Assembly: GCA_016708565.1 (NCBI GenBank)
Contig: JADJFN010000001.1
Location: 476,863-540,862 of the forward strand
Source: Myxococcales bacterium
GTDB taxonomy: Bacteria; Myxococcota_A; Polyangia; Haliangiales; Haliangiaceae
Reading direction: 5' to 3'
DNA: 64,000 bases
Shown: piece after piece, positions 61,179 through 64,000 of the stretch
How the letters are laid out: each line of letters begins with the position of its first letter
How positions within the stretch are numbered: the first letter of the stretch is position 1
The notes under the pieces: generated by a model
What the model was told of the DNA's origin: nothing
The model's input: only the letters and a program-made list of their open reading frames with translations
Databases searched by the model: none
Translations under genes and position numbers: made by a program

Positions 61179-61412
61179 GGAGGGTTTCTCGCGAAACCCT
61201 CCCCCCGGCATTCGCCGGGGCCCCCCTCCCAAGACGGCCCAGATCCTCGGCGCGTCTGTCCGAGCCTTTCGCTGGGGCCGAAACGGCCGAAGGCCGGATC
61301 CGCGTGGACCCGGCCTTCGTCTCGCAGTCTCCTGTGCCCCGTGCCGAACGCTCTCGCGTTTCGGGTGGGGGCCCCACGTCTTGTGGGGGAGGGGCTTTGC
61401 GAAAGCCCCTCC
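61179..61412. repeat. Two copies of the palindromic double-hairpin repeat element in opposite orientations (B1 61179-61260, B2 61343-61412).
   Basis: B1 is GGAGGGTTTctcgcgAAACCCTCC...CCGGcattcgCCGG...CCCAAGACGG. B2 is CCGAACGCTCTCGCGTTTCGGG...GAGGGGCTTTGCGAAAGCCCCTCC, the reverse-orientation form matching the 46336-46413 copy. Both lie between the convergent genes ending at 61171 and 61426. Confidence 0.7.
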
Positions 61413-61425
61413 AGGAAACAGGATC

Positions 61426-62208
61426 TCAGCCGCCGATCTGCCACTCGCCGCCGACGCGGACGTAGACGTTGCCGCGCAGCTCCCAGCGCACCGGCGCCCA
61501 GCGGTGGCCGGCCTTGGCGCGCTCCCAGTGGCCGGGGACCCACTCGTACTGGCGGGCCTGCTCGCTCCACGCGTAGGCGCCCTCGATCCAGACGTAGCCG
61601 CGGCGCGCCGCGCCGGGGTTCTCGACGCGCGGCGGGGGCGGCGCCATCGTCGGACCGACGATGACGACCTGGCCGCCCGACGAGATCACCGTGCCGGCGC
61701 CGTTGGTGGCGATCACGCCGCCCTGGCCGTTGTTGACGATGACGCCGCCGTTGCCGCCGACCACGCCGCCATTGCCGCCCACCACCACGCCGCCGCCACC
61801 GGGCTGGTCGTAGCGGTGATCCTGGTTGTGCGGATCGATCACGGTGCCGCCGCCGCCGCCGGTGACGACCACGCCGCCGCCGACCACGACCCAGCTGCCG
61901 TCGACCCAGTGCCAGCTACCGTTGCGCGGCTCCCAGCGGCCGTCGTTCCAGGCGTAGCCAGAGCGCTCGCGCTCCCAGTGGCCATCGACCCACACCCACT
62001 GGCCGCCCTGCCACTGCCAGTTGCCCTTGACCCACACGTGGCCGCTCATCGGCTGCGGGTTCTCGGCGCGCGGGGGCGGCGGTTGATCGTAGGCGACGAC
62101 GGCGCCAGTGGCGATGCGGCCCCGGGCCGTGACGACGCAGGCGGGGAGCGTGGTGCCGAGCAGGGCCGCGAGGCCCAGGGTCGACAGGATCCGACGGGTA
62201 CGGTTCAT
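61426..62208 (-). CDS. Lipoprotein with Trp-rich YXWGXW-like repeats and Gly-rich tracts.
   Basis: LAALLGTTLPAC lipobox. Repeats HVWVKGNWQWQGGQWVWVDGHWE, YAWNDGRWEPRNGSWHWVDGSW, YVWIEGAYAWSEQARQYEWVPGHWE. Central GGGVVVTGGGGG/GGNGGV tracts. Confidence 0.65.
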   Translation of the reverse strand: MNRTRRILSTLGLAALLGTTLPACVVTARGRIATGAVVAYDQPPPPRAENPQPMSGHVWVKGNWQWQGGQWVWVDGHWERERSGYAWNDGRWEPRNGSWHWVDGSWVVVGGGVVVTGGGGGTVIDPHNQDHRYDQPGGGGVVVGGNGGVVGGNGGVIVNNGQGGVIATNGAGTVISSGGQVVIVGPTMAPPPPRVENPGAARRGYVWIEGAYAWSEQARQYEWVPGHWERAKAGHRWAPVRWELRGNVYVRVGGEWQIGG

Positions 62209-62342
62209 CTCGAGTCTCCTTTAGGTCGTCCAGCCGGAGCGTCCGGGCCGGGAACAACTCTTGGACGGCCAGGTCCATGATTGTTTCAACCGCGAGTATT
62301 CCCACCCGCGATCGTCCTGTCAACGCACCGGGTTCCGCGAAC

Positions 62343-63983
62343 TTACGGGCCCTTGCTGGCCTTCAAGGCCTCGAGATCAGCCGGGGTCGCGGTGCGCAGC
62401 CACACCAGGTAGTCGGCCATCGCACGGATCTGGTTGGGCTCGAGGTCGTCGTCGTAGGCCGGCATGTCGTCGAGCTTGCCGAACAGGTTGGGCGCCCCGC
62501 TGTCGCGCAGCACCGCCTCGTAGTAGCGGCGCGATCCGTAGCCGGCGAGGTTGGGCCCGGTCGAGGCGTCGGTGCCGGCGCGGTTGTGGCAGTCGGCGCA
62601 CGGGCCGTCGTCGAACAGCGGCTTGCCCTGCTCGACCTTGGCGGCGTCGACGTCGGTGGCGCCGGTCTCGGCGTAGAGCAGCTCGACCAGCGCGTCGAGG
62701 TCGGCGCCGGCGGCCTCGGTCTTGGGCATCGCGTTCTCGTCGTCGACGATCTTCTTCGACGTGCCGAAGTGCTCCGGCGCCGACGGATCGAGCAGGAGCG
62801 AGCGGATGTGCGCGCGGCTGGCCAGGCCCGGCCCAATCACCGGCGCCTTGCGATCGTCGCCGTCGTGGCAGCTCGCGCACTCGCTGGCCCACAGCGTCCG
62901 CGCCACGTAGAAGCGCGGCGTCGTGAACACCGCCAGGCCGCCTGGCGACGGCACGCCGTTGGTCTTGGCCAGCGCCCGCGCTCGCGCCGCCTCGCGCGCG
63001 AACCGGTGGCTGCGCCGCTGCAGCTCCTGATCGTCGTCGTCCTTGGCGTACGACTGCATCGACACGCCGATCGCGCCGACCAGGCCGACGAACAGCATCG
63101 CCAGCACCGCGTAGTGGCGGCGCGGGCGCCCGGGGCGGCCGTCGAACAGCGGCACCGCGGCGAGCACGCCGAACACCACCAGCGGCAGGCCCAGCGCCAT
63201 GAACGTGCGCAGCGAGCCGAAGGTGTTGACCAGCGCGAACAGCGGCCGGAAGTACCACTGCGGGCGCGCGTCGTAGGCCGCGGTCGGGTCGGCCGGCCCG
63301 TCGAGCCCGGCGCCGCCGGCGTGCTCGCTCCACGCCACCAGCGCGATCAGCGCCAGCGCCGCCACCACCCAGTTGCGCAGGCTCTGGTACGGCCACGCCG
63401 CGCGCGCCGGCCCGCCGGTCGGCAGCACGCCGTGGCGCCGGGCCTGGGCGCGGAGCGCCCACGCCAGCAGCAGCGTGACGATCGGCAGCACCACCGCGTG
63501 CAGCGCGTAGAAGTGGGTCAAGGTCAGGTTGCCGAACTCGTTGCCGCCCTGGACCGCCTGCACCAGCTGCCGCCCCGGGCCGGGCGCGTCGTTGACGTAG
63601 GCCAGCTCGACCTTGGTCGCCCAGTAGCCGTACTGATCCCAGCGCAGCACGAAGCCGGTCACCGAGTACAGCGTGATGACGCCGATCAGCCCGAGCCCGA
63701 GCCACCACTGCAGCTCGCGCGGCCGGCGGTAGCCGCCGCGCAGCGCGGTCACCACCAGGTGCAGGCCGGCGACGATCACCACCGCCGACATGCCCCAGCG
63801 GTGGACGCCGCGGACGACGCTGCCCATCGTCACCTGGTCCTCGATGTACGCGACCGAGGCCCACGCCGCGCCGGTCGACGGCGCGTAGTACAGCGCGAGC
63901 AGCGCGCCCGACGCCGCCTCGATCACCAGCAGGAACGCCACCAGGAACGACAGCGTGTGGGCGAACGACGCGCCGCCCGCCAC
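62343..63983 (-). CDS. Cytochrome b (bc-complex type, N-terminal) fused to a C-terminal dihaem cytochrome c domain; the 5' end possibly continues beyond the window.
   Basis: The N-terminal half has cytochrome b helices (SFLVAFLLVIEAASGALLALYY, HRWGMSAVVIVAGLHLV). The C-terminal soluble half has two CxxCH haem c sites (CASCH, CADCH). The ORF start at 63983 is 17 nt from the window edge, and cytochrome b usually has about 30 more N-terminal residues. Confidence 0.75.
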   Translation of the reverse strand: MAGGASFAHTLSFLVAFLLVIEAASGALLALYYAPSTGAAWASVAYIEDQVTMGSVVRGVHRWGMSAVVIVAGLHLVVTALRGGYRRPRELQWWLGLGLIGVITLYSVTGFVLRWDQYGYWATKVELAYVNDAPGPGRQLVQAVQGGNEFGNLTLTHFYALHAVVLPIVTLLLAWALRAQARRHGVLPTGGPARAAWPYQSLRNWVVAALALIALVAWSEHAGGAGLDGPADPTAAYDARPQWYFRPLFALVNTFGSLRTFMALGLPLVVFGVLAAVPLFDGRPGRPRRHYAVLAMLFVGLVGAIGVSMQSYAKDDDDQELQRRSHRFAREAARARALAKTNGVPSPGGLAVFTTPRFYVARTLWASECASCHDGDDRKAPVIGPGLASRAHIRSLLLDPSAPEHFGTSKKIVDDENAMPKTEAAGADLDALVELLYAETGATDVDAAKVEQGKPLFDDGPCADCHNRAGTDASTGPNLAGYGSRRYYEAVLRDSGAPNLFGKLDDMPAYDDDLEPNQIRAMADYLVWLRTATPADLEALKASKGP

Positions 63984-64000
63984 CGGGCGCTGCCACTGCG

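Overview
This is a 64 kb chromosomal window with very high GC (roughly 72-74%), densely packed with about 60 genes on both strands. I recognise no rRNA, CRISPR array, transposase or integrase, and a non-exhaustive search found no tRNA. The content (many lipobox lipoproteins, a multi-PEGA secreted protein, a GldA/GldF/GldG-like ABC operon with a DUF4340 partner, small Cys-rich lipoproteins, an HtrA protease) suggests a Myxococcota-like Gram-negative genome; this is inference. The high GC produces many long spurious ORFs in antisense and alternative frames, so the ORF track heavily over-calls. I picked real genes by recognisable catalytic motifs, signal peptide or lipobox, start/stop coupling and Lys/Glu-containing composition as opposed to Arg/Pro/Gly-rich nonsense. 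My own base indexing drifted by one at some sequence lines, so inferred gene starts can be off by 1 nt. Findings, in my rough order of interest: (1) a family of about 80 bp double-hairpin palindromic repeat elements present in four copies at three intergenic 3' regions; (2) an ADP-heptose-type sugar nucleotide locus with an unusual GmhA-adenylyltransferase fusion, a separate heptose kinase, GmhB, a GT9 heptosyltransferase and a large GT-C-like membrane protein; (3) an MBL-fold hydrolase translationally coupled to a cyclic-nucleotide-gated MscS-type channel; (4) a STAND NTPase-TPR protein carrying a C-terminal OmpR-type winged helix, with domains in reversed order relative to SARP/AfsR regulators; (5) a three-domain fusion of monothiol glutaredoxin, a Cys-less A-type-carrier-like domain and rhodanese; (6) a Cys/His-rich Spy/CpxP/ZraP-family periplasmic protein followed by a two-component pair whose kinase carries a His-rich tail; (7) a three-gene membrane operon joined by ATGA/GTGA start-stop overlaps; (8) a cytochrome b-dihaem cytochrome c fusion at the window edge.
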